Shown: positions 1 to 12,950, counted from the first letter of the stretch. The stretch is DNA of 64,000 nt from Octopus sinensis (GCF_006345805.1 NW_021834792.1:5337-69336); one strand, 5' to 3'. Made by a program: numbers and translations. Notes: a model not told the origin generated them from the letters alone.

Positions 1-15
1 TATACATCATATATA

Positions 16-48
<33 letters not shown>

Positions 49-82
49 CTATATTTATATATATGTATATATATATATATAT

Positions 83-124
<42 letters not shown>

Positions 125-451
125 ATGTGTGTGTGTGTATGTATTATGTATGTTTGGTATGTATTATGTATGTATGTATGTATGTATGTATGTATGTATG
201 TCTGTTTTGTATGTATGTATGTATGTATGCGTATGGGAAACCGATGTAGAAAGAAAATATTGGAAGAACAAGGTAAACATACAAAATACATAAAATGTAG
301 GGAAACCGAAAGAAGGAAAGAATGGAAAAAAATATAGGCGTAAAAATAGGGTAGAATATTCAAAAACTTATGTGGAGAATATATTGGAAGGAAAAAGAAA
401 CTAAATGGGAAGTCTAAAAATTTCGATATAAATATAGATATAGATATAGAT

Positions 452-527
<76 letters not shown>

Positions 528-536
528 ATAGATGGC

Positions 537-611
<75 letters not shown>

Positions 612-641
612 ATAAACAGAAAGATAGATAGATAGATAGAG

Positions 642-714
<73 letters not shown>

Positions 715-760
715 TACATAAATACATACATGAACATATATATGCACAGAAACACATACG
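1..760. repeat. (TA)n, (TATG)n and (GATA)n microsatellites
   Basis: Direct reading; GATA block ~425-715. Confidence 0.95.
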
Positions 761-977
761 TATATATGAATATTAGCTTTTGTCAGTTTTCTCTTTTATT
801 TAATTATTTATTGGTATTGTGTATCTTTACATGTGAAATTGCTAAAACCAAAATGTTATTTCTTCTAAACTGTAAAAATACATTTGGTAAAAGAAAACAA
901 ATAATTCGAAAAGGATTGAAATTTTATTTTAAAAATTTGAATGAGAAAACTGATTATTGATTTTATATATTTAAATT

Positions 978-1165
978 TGTGGCAGAATTGTTAGCACGTT
1001 GAGCAAAATTCTCACCGTCATTTAATATACTATTACGTTCTGTGTTCAAATTCCGCCGAGGTCGATATTTGCCTTTCATCCTTTCAGGGTTGATCAAGTA
1101 AGTACCCGTTGAGCATAGGGCCCAACGTAAGCAACTTATCTCCTCCCACTGAACTTGCAGGCCTT
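978..1165 (+). mobile_element. Older monomeric S1 SINE
   Basis: Same head and body, tail CCCACTGAACTTGCAGGCCTTGTGCCAAAATTTG, no 184-bp array. Confidence 0.75.
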
Positions 1166-1244
1166 GTGCCAAAATTTGGATATCAAAGGCGATGAACTGA
1201 CAGAATCATCAGCACGTCAGACAAAATGCTTAGCGGTATTTAGT

Positions 1245-2150
1245 CCGAGCTGGCAGAATCGTTAGCATGCCGGGCTGAGCGGTATTTCGTCTGCCGTTAC
1301 GTTGTGAGTTCAAATTCCGCTGATGTCGACTTTGCCTTTCACCCTTTCGGGGTCGATAAATTAAGTACCAGTTACGCACTGGGGTCGATGTAATCGACTT
1401 GATACCTATGTCTGTCCTTGTTTGTGCACTCTATGTTTACCACTTGTGGGTAATAAAGAAATAGGTATTTCGTCTGCCGCTGCGTTCTGTGTTCAAATTC
1501 TACCGAGGTCGACTTTGGCTTTCATCCTTTCGGGGTCGATTAAATAAGTACCAGTTATGCACTGGAGTCGATGTAATCGACTTAATCCGTTTATCTGTCC
1601 TTGTTCGTCCCCTCTATGTTTAGCCCCTTGTGGGTAATAAAGAAACAGGTATTTCGTCTGCCGCTACGTTCTGAGTTCAAATTCCGCCGAGGTCGACTCT
1701 GCCTTTCATCATTTCGGGGTCGATTAAATAAGTACCAGTTACGCACTGGGGTCGATATAATCGACTTAATCTGTTTTTCTGTCCTTGTTTGTCCCCTCTG
1801 TGTTTAGCCCTCTGTGGGTAGTAAAGAAATAGGTATTTCGTCTAAGTTCTACCTTCTAAGTTCAAATTCCGCCGAGGTCGACTGTTTCCTGTCATCCTTT
1901 CGGGGTCTATTAAATAAGTACCGGTTACGCACTGGGGTCGATATAATCGACTTAATCCGTTTGCCTGTCCTTGTTGGTCCTCTCTGTGTTTAGCCCCTTG
2001 TGGGTAGTAAAGAAATAAGTATTTAGTCCGTTTTTACGTCCTGAGTTCAAATTCCGCCGAGGTCGATTTTTGCCCTCCATCCTTTCGAGGATGATCAAGT
2101 AAGTACCCGAGGTCATCTTTGCCTTTCATTCTTTCGGCCTTGTGCAATAT
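1245..2150 (+). mobile_element. tRNA-derived SINE (family S1) with internal array of four 184-bp units plus terminal partial unit
   Basis: Head GAGCTGGCAGAATCGTTAGCA; unit starts GGTATTTCGTCT at 1281, 1464, 1648, 1832 and ~2018; each unit carries B-box-like GTTCAAATTCC. Confidence 0.85.
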
Positions 2151-2162
2151 ATTTAGATAAGT

Positions 2163-2380
2163 GTAAGACGGCGAACTAGCAAAGTCGCTAGCACGCCGAT
2201 ACAGTGCTTAGCAGTATTTTATCTGTATCTATTTTTACGCTCTCAGTTCGAATTCCACCGAGTTCGATTTGGTCTTTTATGCTTTAAGGGTCGATAAAAT
2301 AAGTACCAGATGAGTACTGAAGTCGATAAAGTCAACTAGTCCCCTTCCCGGAACTTGTTGGCCTTGTACCAGAATTTGAA
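2163..2380 (+). mobile_element. Older monomeric S1 SINE
   Basis: AAGACGGCGAACTAGC head, GTTCGAATTCC B box, GGCCTTGTACCAGAATTTGAAA tail. Confidence 0.75.
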
Positions 2381-2845
2381 ACCGATATGTTTAAATGTAT
2401 GTCTTGACAGAACCGTTTGTGCATCGAACAAACCATCGTAGAGTATTTTTTGCGGTTCTTTACTGTCTGATTTCAAATTCTGCATTGGTTAATTTTAACC
2501 GTCAACGCCCCGGGACCCATCAAATCCCGAGGTCGGTGGCATCGACTGATCTTTCTTCTCAACGTTGCTGACATAGTTCCTCAATTAGAAGAGAATATTT
2601 TAATATATTTTTTTTATCCTACTTGTTTTAGTCATTTCACTGTGGTCATGCTGGAGCGCTACCTTGAAGAGTTTAGTCATGCAAATCGACACGAATACTT
2701 GGTTTTGTCAATCTGGTACTTATTCTTTTATCGAACCGCAAAGTCAAAGGAGCGTAAAGTTACCAACGACGACTGTCAGATGATATGGAAACAAATACGA
2801 ACACAAAAACATATACATACTTATGTACGTATGTATGTATATATG

Positions 2846-2879
<34 letters not shown>

Positions 2880-2889
2880 TGTATGTATG

Positions 2890-3230
2890 TATGCATATAT
2901 GTATGTGTGTGTATGTATGTTATTCAGTTTCATTTCAAGATTTCTTGCTAATAGAGAAAGAGCTGGTTTCTAACCTAGATCCAAGGTTCCTTCATTGGAA
3001 TTTCACCATCAACAATAAAGTGCTTTTGTTTATTTATTGATATGTATGTATGTATGTATGCATGTATGTATGTGTGTGTGAGAGCAGATTTGTATATTTT
3101 GCTCTATGTATGTACTCGCATGCATTTAGTTGCATATCAAGACATACTCACATATATTTAAATGATAAACTTCTGGAAAGTTTTACAGATTTTTACAGTT
3201 CCAGTATGTAACTATTATGTATATACACGA
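2890..3230 (-). mobile_element. R4/Dong-like 3' UTR fragment
   Basis: Reverse complement matches 28365-28612; ends in (CATA)n. Confidence 0.8.
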
Positions 3231-3984
3231 CGGGCTTCTACACAGTTTCCGTTTACCAAATTCCCACACTAGGCACTGGTTGAATCTTGACCAAGTTGCC
3301 ACGCAGTGCGATTGAATCCGAAAGCAAGTGATGGCAAAACCAAATACTTAACCATGCATTCATTTTCTGTTATATACATTCTAATAAATACATTTAACTT
3401 AGATTCTAATTCTTATTTACATTTCTCAGTTTTGAATCGTAAAATTTTACTCATTTAATTTTTCTACAAGTTATCGTTTCTTGAAAACATGTCAGGTTTT
3501 TACAATTTAACATCTAAACCGAAATAAATGAATATAAGGCATAATAAATAAATAAATAAATAAAGTGTGGAAATTATTGAAAACATAATCGCAAAGAATA
3601 TTCTATTTGGATCAATAAAACTATATTGTTGATAAAATGATAATGTGTTATTGAGGTAGAAAAGCACAGGTTTATAGATTTATAGCAAAGAGAATGAGAT
3701 GGAATGATGAATTTAATATTTAGAAGCATATCATGGGAACGAAACACCGAAGAATTAAGACTAAAATGCTCACACACGCGCATGCACATGCATACGTACG
3801 CTCACACGGTCACATATATATGCATTAGTGGCGTTCGAAGCACATAACGTTGTGAATAATAGCTTACAAATATTGGGTTGAAAAGCTCTTTTGGATAGAA
3901 AATGTTTAAGGCTTTATAAGTGCTTCCAGGTTACTTATTCCAAAAAAGAATTATTTCGCGTTCTCCCGAAAGTTCATTAATATA

Positions 3985-4260
3985 TACGAGGTGTGTTCAA
4001 AAAGTAGGTTGGCCGTCTCTGTTCCCGGCTGTTAGGCATAGAGTGCAGATGCGTAGTGCGCGCTTGTTTCATTATATTTTTCAGGCAAGATGACCGAACG
4101 CATCGAGCAGAGACCATAATTCGATGGCTCACCAGTGATGATGGTCTTCATGAAGTCTGCGTCCTGCTTTGCACGGTCGGGTATGTCCTGAACGATTTCC
4201 ATGCGGAGTTGCTTTTGCTGCTGTTACTGTTGCGGTTCTGTTGAGCGAACGGTCTTCGCA
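3985..4260. mobile_element. Mariner remnant with internal inversion
   Basis: TA+CGAGGTGTGTTCAAAAAGT TIR-like start (3985); + strand ATG at 4090 MTERIEQR; minus strand 4260-4130 encodes QQKQLRMEIVQDIPDRAKQDADFMKTIITGE, matching the mariner region just before the first catalytic Asp (IITGDETW). Confidence 0.8.
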
Positions 4261-4394
4261 AGATGGGAAAAGTCCGAAACGTGGTCCTATGCTATTCGTA
4301 AAACCCGCAAGAAGTGAAAGCAGGTCAACCCCCGACACCGAGAGCATCGACGGATGGATGAACGCGCATCCAGGCTCAGTGGTGCGTAGAAGTC

Positions 4395-4606
4395 GGGACA
4401 AGAAACAGGGGAAGAAAGAAGAGAAGAGAGTAGAAAGTTAGAGCGAAAGAGTACAACAGGGGGTCGCCACCACCCCCTGCCGGAGCCTCGTGGAGCTTTA
4501 GGTGTTTTCGCTCAATAAACACACACAACCCCCGGTCTAGGACTCGAAACCGCGATCCTCCGACCGCGAGTCCGCTGCCCTAACCATTGGGCCATTGCGC
4601 CTCCAC
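4395..4606 (-). mobile_element. tRNA-derived SINE (family S3)
   Basis: Reverse complement head GGAGGCGCAATGGCCCAATGGTTAGGGCAGCGGACTCGCGG...GGTTTCGAGTCC; further copies 34980-35278 (-) and head at 61123-61178 (+). Confidence 0.85.
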
Positions 4607-4714
4607 TGCTTTTGCTGCTCCGCCAGCACCTAGTCATCTAACTTTTTTTTCTTCTTGTAATTGACCTTTGAGGCACTTAACTTTCATGGTACTTTGTTTC
4701 GTGTGGGGAGACCA

Positions 4715-5030
4715 CAGCGGACAACATTATTCAAGGTTGAGAAAAGGAGGAGAATGGTGTGAATATCTCTCGACTGGAAAGTTCTGAGAATCCAGGAACA
4801 CGTTCCGAGAGCCATGTCAGTTTTGCTGTTTATATGAGCGACCCAACTTTGTTGTTGTCCACAATTACTCCCAAGTTTCTGATGTTGTTGGATGCCATGA
4901 TAGTTTCACCCGAAGGAAGGAAGTATGGGAGTTTCAGGGAGCTTTATAGTATCCTCTTTTCCGAAGTGGATCAACTCAAATTTGTCCTCATTCAGCAGCA
5001 TATTGTTCTTTTCCGGCCATTGGATGATAG
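4715..5030 (-). mobile_element. CR1/L2-clade LINE reverse-transcriptase C-terminal fragment, frameshifted
   Basis: QWPEKNNMLLNEDKFELIHFG...NNIRNLGVIVDNN..SWVAHINSK...CSWILRTFQSRD, assembled across two frameshifts. Confidence 0.8.
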
Positions 5031-5059
5031 CCAGTAAGCTGACCGCATGTCCTGTCACC

Positions 5060-5190
5060 CACTTTCGTTTTGGGATCACCAAAGTAAGAAAGCATTTTAC
5101 GTTTCAAGCCCACACTCTTCGACAGAAAGGAACACAGAAATAAACAGGGAGAGAAAATAGAAAAAGGTATAGTGGCTAGCGATCTATGAT
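5060..5190 (-). mobile_element. Copy of the short hammerhead-like element
   Basis: Reverse complement of 5095-5125 reads CTGTCGA-A-GAGT-gtgg-GCTT-GAAA-CGTA; flank GTGGCTAGCGATCTAT shared with the 11 kb copy. Confidence 0.55.
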
Positions 5191-5904
5191 ATATGTACAT
5201 ACATACACGCATGTATGCACATGCACACACATAAATATCTCATCCAGCTCACATGCCCCAAAACCTCCGAGTGTATATATATATATGTGTGTGTGTGTAT
5301 GTCTGTTACGTAATCACTTTCATTAGCTTACAACCGTTTCAGCTATAAGAAAGCGTGCAGCAAGTGTCTTCTCGTATAGCCTCGGCTCGACCAAAGTCTC
5401 GTGAGTGAATCTGATAGATCGAAACTGAAAGAAGTCGTTACACTACCGGTGTTGACGTGTTTACGTCCTCGTAAGTTAGCGGCTCGGCAAAAGAGACAGA
5501 ATAAGTACCAAGCTTTAAGAAAAAGGGGAAAAAAATCAGAAAAATGTACTGAAGTCGATTCGTTCAATTAAAACTTCTTCAAGTGGTGCCCTAGAATGGC
5601 CGCAGTTTAATGACTGAAACAAGTGAACGATAGAAAATAAAAGATATATTTAACACGCCTATGTAAATTCCAATTTCACGTTTCAGTATATGCAAGCGTA
5701 TTAGATATGAATGCATTACAGCTTTACTTTAATCGTTGCTGCTTAACATGCTTCTTAAAAATTCCAATTTGGCAAAATTTTGCACACGCTAGCAAATGTA
5801 TTTTTATGCTATTTACAAGCAGGAACGGTAGTTCTTAGTAGGTTTCGATTGAAGTGGGCAGTGGTTGTAACTAATGAATCGTAGTTTAGCGAATGTAGTG
5901 TAGT

Positions 5905-6488
5905 AATGCGGTGAGCTGGCAGACACGTTAGCACGCCGGACGAAATGCTTAGTGGTAGTTCGTCTACCGCTACGTTCTGAGTTCAAATTCCGCCGAGGTC
6001 AACTTTGTCTTTCATCCTTTCGGGGTCGATTAAATAAGTACCAGTTACGCACTGGGGTCGACATAATCGACTTAATCCGTTTGTCTGTCCTTGTTTGTCG
6101 CCTCCGTGTGTAGCCCCTTGTGGGCAGTAAAGAAATAGGTATTTCGTTTGCCGTTACATTCTGAGTTCAAATTTCGCCGAGGTCGACTTTGCCTTTCATC
6201 CTTTCGGGATCGATAAATTAAGTACTAGTTACGCACTGCGGTCGATGTAATCGACTTAATCCCTTTGTCTGTCCTTGTTTGTCCTGTCTGTGTTTAGCCC
6301 CTTGTGAGTAGTAAAGAAATAGGTATTTCGTCTACCGTGACGTTCTGAGTTCAAATTCCGCTGAGGTCAACTTTGCCTTTCATACTTTCGGGGTCGATGA
6401 ATTAAGTACCAGTTGCGTACTGGGATCGATCTAATCGACCGGTCTCCTCCCACAAAATTTCGGGCCTTGTGCGTAGAGTAGAAAAGAA
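5905..6488 (+). mobile_element. S1 SINE, head + two 184-bp units + terminal unit
   Basis: Unit structure as at 1.3 kb; TSD-like TTTAGCGA(A/G)TGTAGT at 5885-5899 and 6489-6503. Confidence 0.85.
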
Positions 6489-7287
6489 TTTAGCGAGTGT
6501 AGTTGAATGAATGCAGTGTGGTTTAAGCCTTGATAATATTATGTCTTCTGGTTAATATGAGTCAGAATGAGTATCATTAAGAAAATATAAAGACTCGTTA
6601 AAGTTAACCGTTTTGCAACATTGTTTTCTGAACGCTAAGATTAAATGCAACAACTGGTATAACTTGAAGAACTCTGTTAAGATCATTGCATAGTTTTAAA
6701 ATATTTCTCGAAGTTGAAAATAAATGTTAGAAGAAACGCAAAGCATAGCGTCAAACATTCTGGTTAGAAATCTCTCCTTTTTGAAGCTGCAAAATTATAT
6801 AAACTGCTTTCATGTCGAAGATCAAAAATCGCTCGTAACAAACTCACCTCCCTAAGGAATAAGGTGAAAAAAAGTCCCTTAAATAGCTGATGTTCGGACA
6901 CTTGGCTAATCTATCACGTTAAGGGGTCGACAGTCTGCATAAAGCTAAAGGGACTTGACCATCACGTGAGGGACCAAAATAGATACCTAAAGGTAAAAAG
7001 GCAAAATGCGGATACCTAAAGGTAAAAAGCGATTATGCTTCTGCTACAGTAACTACCTAGAAAAATATGTCTTACAGTCCAACGCCGTCATTCAGAGTCC
7101 AGTTCGGTGTGCTTTTACTCACACAGACTTCTCTGTATCGTTCCAATTTTGGTAAGAAGAATAATTCCTCCGAGACAGTTACTGTAGCGAACGTCTTTCT
7201 ACGTTTGAGTGTACAGGAGCGTGTTAAACATAAATGTACCCGGCTTTATTTCAATCGTCGCTACTTAAGTAATAACAATGTATGTGA

Positions 7288-7344
<57 letters not shown>

Positions 7345-8889
7345 TCACATTAAGACAGACACTGATAAATTGACAGATACACAGTATTAATAGTTTCTCT
7401 AAGCTAATGACAAAAGGAAAACATTAGGCGAAACAAAATTCTACCGAACATTCCACCAGATAAGAACTGTAATAATGTTTATCCCCATAGCTATATTTAT
7501 TTCATAGAAACTGCTTGGTTTTCTCTTTCTTCTCTTCCTCTTTCTCACCTTCCTCCTTCTCCTCCTTTTCTGTTTTTTTTATTGTTATTTCAATTTTCCT
7601 TATTCTTCTTTACCGAAATTTTTATCTTTTTTTTTTCCTTTACCATCTTTCTCTCATCTCTCTTCTCCATTACTTCATTGCCTTCTCCACTAACTCCTCC
7701 TTTTCCTTCTACCCTCATTATATTATATAACAAGGAAGATATTTCTGCTGGACCGATGCACTCGCCTCACAACTCTCTGTACACTAAACACCATTGATCA
7801 CGATATATATATATGATGGACTTTCTCGTCATAAACGATAATTGATGGTTTCGTAACATTTTTTTTTTTCTGACAACCTGCACAGACAGTTTGTTGATAG
7901 TGATCAAATGTTTGTGTCGTACAATAGCTAACGCCTTCTATCTAATTTGCCATTGCCTGTACAGGCGGACGGTTTGCCATCCGTCTGGTGTCAAAGTGAT
8001 CGCCATGCTGATTGAGAATATTTGGCTTGGCCTACTTTGCTGGTCTATACTCAGAGAAGTAGGGTTTCGCTTCCACTGAACTGTTTCCAGGGAACCGTTT
8101 CCCGGCATAAAACAGGTCTTTGCTACCAAGAGTTTTCTTTCGCTTTCATAGGAACTGGCGGCCCTATGATGAATATTTGCTTAGGTCTCAACGTAGAACC
8201 CCAACACCGATATGTTTGTGTGTGAGTGCACGTGTGTGAATATATGATAAAAGTTACGTAATCACTTTCATTAGCTTACAACCGTTTCAGCTATAAGAAA
8301 GTACTAAGCATCTGCAGTTGAGTGCTGGTGAAAAATTGTATAGCTTCTTCAGAGCCATTATATGAAGTGTTTCTTTAAGGAAAATATTGAAAAACATAGT
8401 TGCACATATCGTTCATCTTTTAATTGTTTGCGTCACCGGACTGCGGCCATGCTCGGACATTGCCTTGAATGGTTTAGTCGCACAAATTGACCCCAGTTCT
8501 ATTTATTTAAACCTGGAGATTACTGTATTCGTGTATTTGGCCGAACCGCTAAATTACCGGGACGTAAATAAACCAACACTGGGTATCAAGTGGTTGTAGG
8601 TAACACACGCACACGCGTGCGCGCACATATATACGGTGAGTTTCTTTCAGTTTTCGTCTACTTAATCTAGGAGCAGACTGAGCCGTCGGTCAATCGGGCA
8701 CTGCGTGAGGGCCCGGAGCTCTGAAGGGACCGCACTCTACATGTTAACTCTACTGATATCAATGCTAAGGGGCGCGGTAAACAGTCATGCCCGAGGGCAT
8801 AAATACATTTAACACTCTTGCGCCCCATACACACATTACGAACTTAACTATACTGAGTTCTAGTTATTCGTGCTATCATAGTGGAATTC

Positions 8890-9481
8890 ATATATATATA
8901 TATATGAATAAACACACATATATGTATATATACATATATATATATATACACATATATATATATATATATACATATATATTACATACATATATACATACAT
9001 ATACATACATATATATACATACATATACATACATATAATATATACATACATATATATATACATACATACATATACATATATATATATATATATACATACT
9101 ATCATACATATAATATATATATACATACATATACATACTATATATATACATACATATACATACATATATATATATATACATACAATACTACATATATATA
9201 TACATATACTCTACATATATATACATACTATACATACATATATATATACATACATATACATACATATATATATACATACATATACATATACATATATATA
9301 CATATACATATATATACATACACATATATATATACATATATATACATACATATATATATATATACACACACACATATATATATATATACACACACACATA
9401 TATATACATATATATAATATATATATATACATATATATACATATATATACATACATATATACATATACATATATATAATAC

Positions 9482-9514
<33 letters not shown>

Positions 9515-9684
9515 CATACATATATATATACATACATATAATACATATATATATATACATACATATACATATATATATACATATACATATATATACATAT
9601 ACATATATATATACATATATATATATACATATATATTATACATATATATATATATATATACACATACACATATAATATATATAC

Positions 9685-9753
<69 letters not shown>

Positions 9754-9912
9754 TATATATATACATATATATACATATATATATATATACATATATATAC
9801 ATATATATATATATAATACATATATATACATAATATAATATATATATACATATATATACATATATATATATATATATAATACCTACCACACACACACCAC
9901 CACACCACACAC

Positions 9913-9960
<48 letters not shown>
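8890..9960. repeat. Long imperfect (TA)n/(TACA)n tract
   Basis: Direct reading. Confidence 0.95.
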
Positions 9961-9964
<4 letters not shown>

Positions 9965-10150
9965 GTTGAATTGTATACGAAAACAAAAGATGAAGGCAGG
10001 TGTATAAACAACAAGCAGGTGTATCAATTTGACGCTCGATAAAGTGAGAATGTCTTTTACGTTTCGAGCCTACGCTCTTCAACGGAAAAGAACACAAGGA
10101 AATAAACAGAGAAATAATAAAAAAAAAACTTGTTGATTTAGCGATCAATC
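9960..10150 (-). mobile_element. Copy of the short hammerhead-like element
   Basis: Reverse complement of 10055-10085 reads CCGTTGA-A-GAGC-gtag-GCTC-GAAA-CGTA. Confidence 0.55.
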
Positions 10151-10944
10151 ATGGCAACGAGTTGGGAAAAGGTAGTTGGGCAGGAAAATTATATATGCTG
10201 ATGTGTCTACGTCCCCGTAACTTAGCGGTTCGGCAAAAGAGAACCAGTAGAACAAGTACTAAGCTTACAAAGAATAAGCTCTGGTGTCAATTTGTTCGAC
10301 TAAAAGGCGATGCTCAAGCATGGCCACAGTCAAATGACTGAAACAAGTAAAAGAGTAAAAGTGTATATATGTATGTGTGTGTGTGTGTGTGTATACATAC
10401 ACATACATACGTACTTACAAACATATACTCGTATGTACGTACGTTTATACATACTCGCTTCCAGTCACCATCTTCAAGCATTAATTCAGCTCCATGTTGC
10501 TTCCGCCCACCAATCTGACTTGCGCTGTTTTTTCTCTCCCATAAACAATATTCTCATAGTAATTATTATTTTCATGAAATAACGGAAATAATTGTATACG
10601 AATAACAAAAAGTGCAAAGTAAAGTACTTCCAGATTTCAACATATTATTATTTCATTGATTTTTTCCTTTTTCTTTCATGTTACATTATTTTATAACTTT
10701 AACTTATTCTTCAATCAATAAGTGAAGTTTTATGAACTACACAATGCAAAAAATGTAATGTCGGTAAATGGTGGTGATTTCTGATCGACAGTTTTTTATA
10801 AGATATATTGTGCATAAAGATAACAAAAATTGTCTAAAATGTGATTACATTTAAGAGCTAACAACAGCAGCCAAATTGCCCTAAAATACCACCTTCTCTA
10901 CTTATATTAGTAAAAGATTCGCTAGGCAAAGTTCTTTATATACA

Positions 10945-11165
10945 TACATATACCTTTATACAGAGAATTCAAAAAAGAAAAAAAAAACAAAAGACAAAAA
11001 CAGGTGATGTAGACAACAAATCGATGTATTAGTATAACGCTCGGGAAGTGAAAAAGTCTTTAACGTTTCGAGCTTACGCTCTTTCGCAGAAAGGAAAACA
11101 GAAAGGAACAAGGAGAGAAAATAAAGGTGAGAAAATAAAGAATGTGTAGTGGCTAGCGATCTATC
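10945..11165 (-). mobile_element. Copy of the short hammerhead-like element
   Basis: Reverse complement of 11061-11089 reads CTGCGAA-A-GAGC-gtaa-GCTC-GAAA-CGTTA (core indel). Confidence 0.55.
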
Positions 11166-11624
11166 ATGACGAAGTTTCGTGTTCAGTCCCATTGCGTGGC
11201 ATGATAGATCGCTAACCAAGGTAGTTATGTGTAAAGGTATCTACCTTTATACATATCAACTTTACATATATGTATGTGTGTGTACATACATACATGCATG
11301 TCTAGGCATGCAACTATATGCATGAGAATACATACATAAAACATACAAATCTGCACATACATGCATACTTAATATACATACATTTTTGTGATAGGCCTTA
11401 CTTTTTCTTTTTTCTTTTTTTTTTACCAAACGATGCCTGTACAAGATGATTTTTTTTATAGTTGGGAAGGATTTGCACAAAACCAATCCTACCCTCTGAA
11501 AATGGATAACATAAACTCGAAAAGACGAACTAGTCGACACCATCTTATATTGTCAGTGTTGCAGGTTTTCTCTCAGAGTTTCCCTCCCCTAGAGAGATGC
11601 TGTGACTACAACAGAGGATCCCTT

Positions 11625-11975
11625 CACTACACACTGCTTAAATACCACTCTTGAGATATTGGGTTTCTCAAAACCAGAAAGGAGAAAGCTAATTCGAAGA
11701 TTACAGATCTAAGCCATCACTGCAACTGTAAAAATCTGTAAAACTTCCCAGAAGTTTATCATTTAAATATATATATGAGCATGTCTAGATATGTAACTAT
11801 ATGCATGAGAATACATACATAAAGCAAAACATACTAATCTGCACATATACAAAACTATATACAAAAATACCTCGTTGTTGATGTTGAAATTCCAATTCAG
11901 GAGCCTTGAATCTAGGCTCTTTCTCTATTGATAAGAAATCTTGAGATAAAACTGAACAATGACACATATATGACA
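11625..11975 (+). mobile_element. R4/Dong-like 3' fragment
   Basis: LGFLKTRKEKANS../CKTSQKFII* region and 3' UTR match 28290-28612. Confidence 0.8.
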
Positions 11976-12219
11976 GTCATCGATGTTTCGTTATTGTTGT
12001 GACTTATCAATGCCACATATGGAACAAGACCCACTGCAAACCATATCGCCGACTATGAATATATGCAAAACGGTTTGAACACATTGAAACTCCGAGAAGG
12101 GATCTACGTATGTGGTCTCGCTTGGCTATGACTTACTTTTGGGTGATTTTTACACGAGGCACATAGAGAATATATATTACGCCTAAAGGCCGCAGCCAAC
12201 CCAATTTCAACCCACATAG

Positions 12220-12237
12220 CTTGTGTGTGTGTGTTCA

Positions 12238-12281
<44 letters not shown>

Positions 12282-12300
12282 TGTGTGTGTGTGTGCGTGC

Positions 12301-12335
<35 letters not shown>

Positions 12336-12614
12336 AGTTTCCGTATGCCAAATTTATTCGAAAGGTCTTTGGTCAGCCAGGAAATATAGTAGAAGACGCT
12401 TGCCTAAGTAATGGGACTGAACACGGAACTACATCGTTGGGAAGCAAATTTGTTACCACGCATCCCGCCACACATGTATATAAATATACACACACATACA
12501 CACATATATAAATGCATATATGTACACATACGCATATACATACATACACACACGCATATATGTATATAGATAGATAGATATGTATATATGTATATATATG
12601 TATGTATGTACATT

Positions 12615-12660
<46 letters not shown>

Positions 12661-12905
12661 ATGTATGTATGGTAAATTAAAAAAAAACAAACACAAAACA
12701 AAACATCAAAAACGTTAGGACGAGGTACATGTAAAGTATTAGCTGACGCTTAGGGAAGGAAAGAAGCGTGAGTGACAGAGAGAGAGAGAGAGAGACAGAA
12801 CAGACAGACAGACAGACAGACAGACAGAGACAGATACAGAAACAGAGACTGACAGACAGACAGACACAGAGACACAGAGAGACAAAGAGATAGTGAGAGA
12901 GAGAT

Positions 12906-12950
<45 letters not shown>

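Noticed and set aside
1464-1647. Twister or HDV ribozyme within the 184-bp unit
   Set aside because: Partial motifs (GTCCC, AGCCC, GGG) could not be folded by hand into the required pseudoknots; an Infernal search would settle it.
1281-2150. CRISPR-like reading of the 184-bp arrays
   Set aside because: Units are contiguous with no unique spacers; eukaryotic SINE context; no cas genes.
4169-4441. 90-aa + strand ORF
   Set aside because: Overlaps the antisense mariner fragment and a SINE tail.
6848-6986. Minus-strand exon between CTTTTTACCTTTAG and GAG|GTGAGT
   Set aside because: Stops in all three frames; the acceptor lies in a small direct repeat; a non-coding exon cannot be supported without RNA data.
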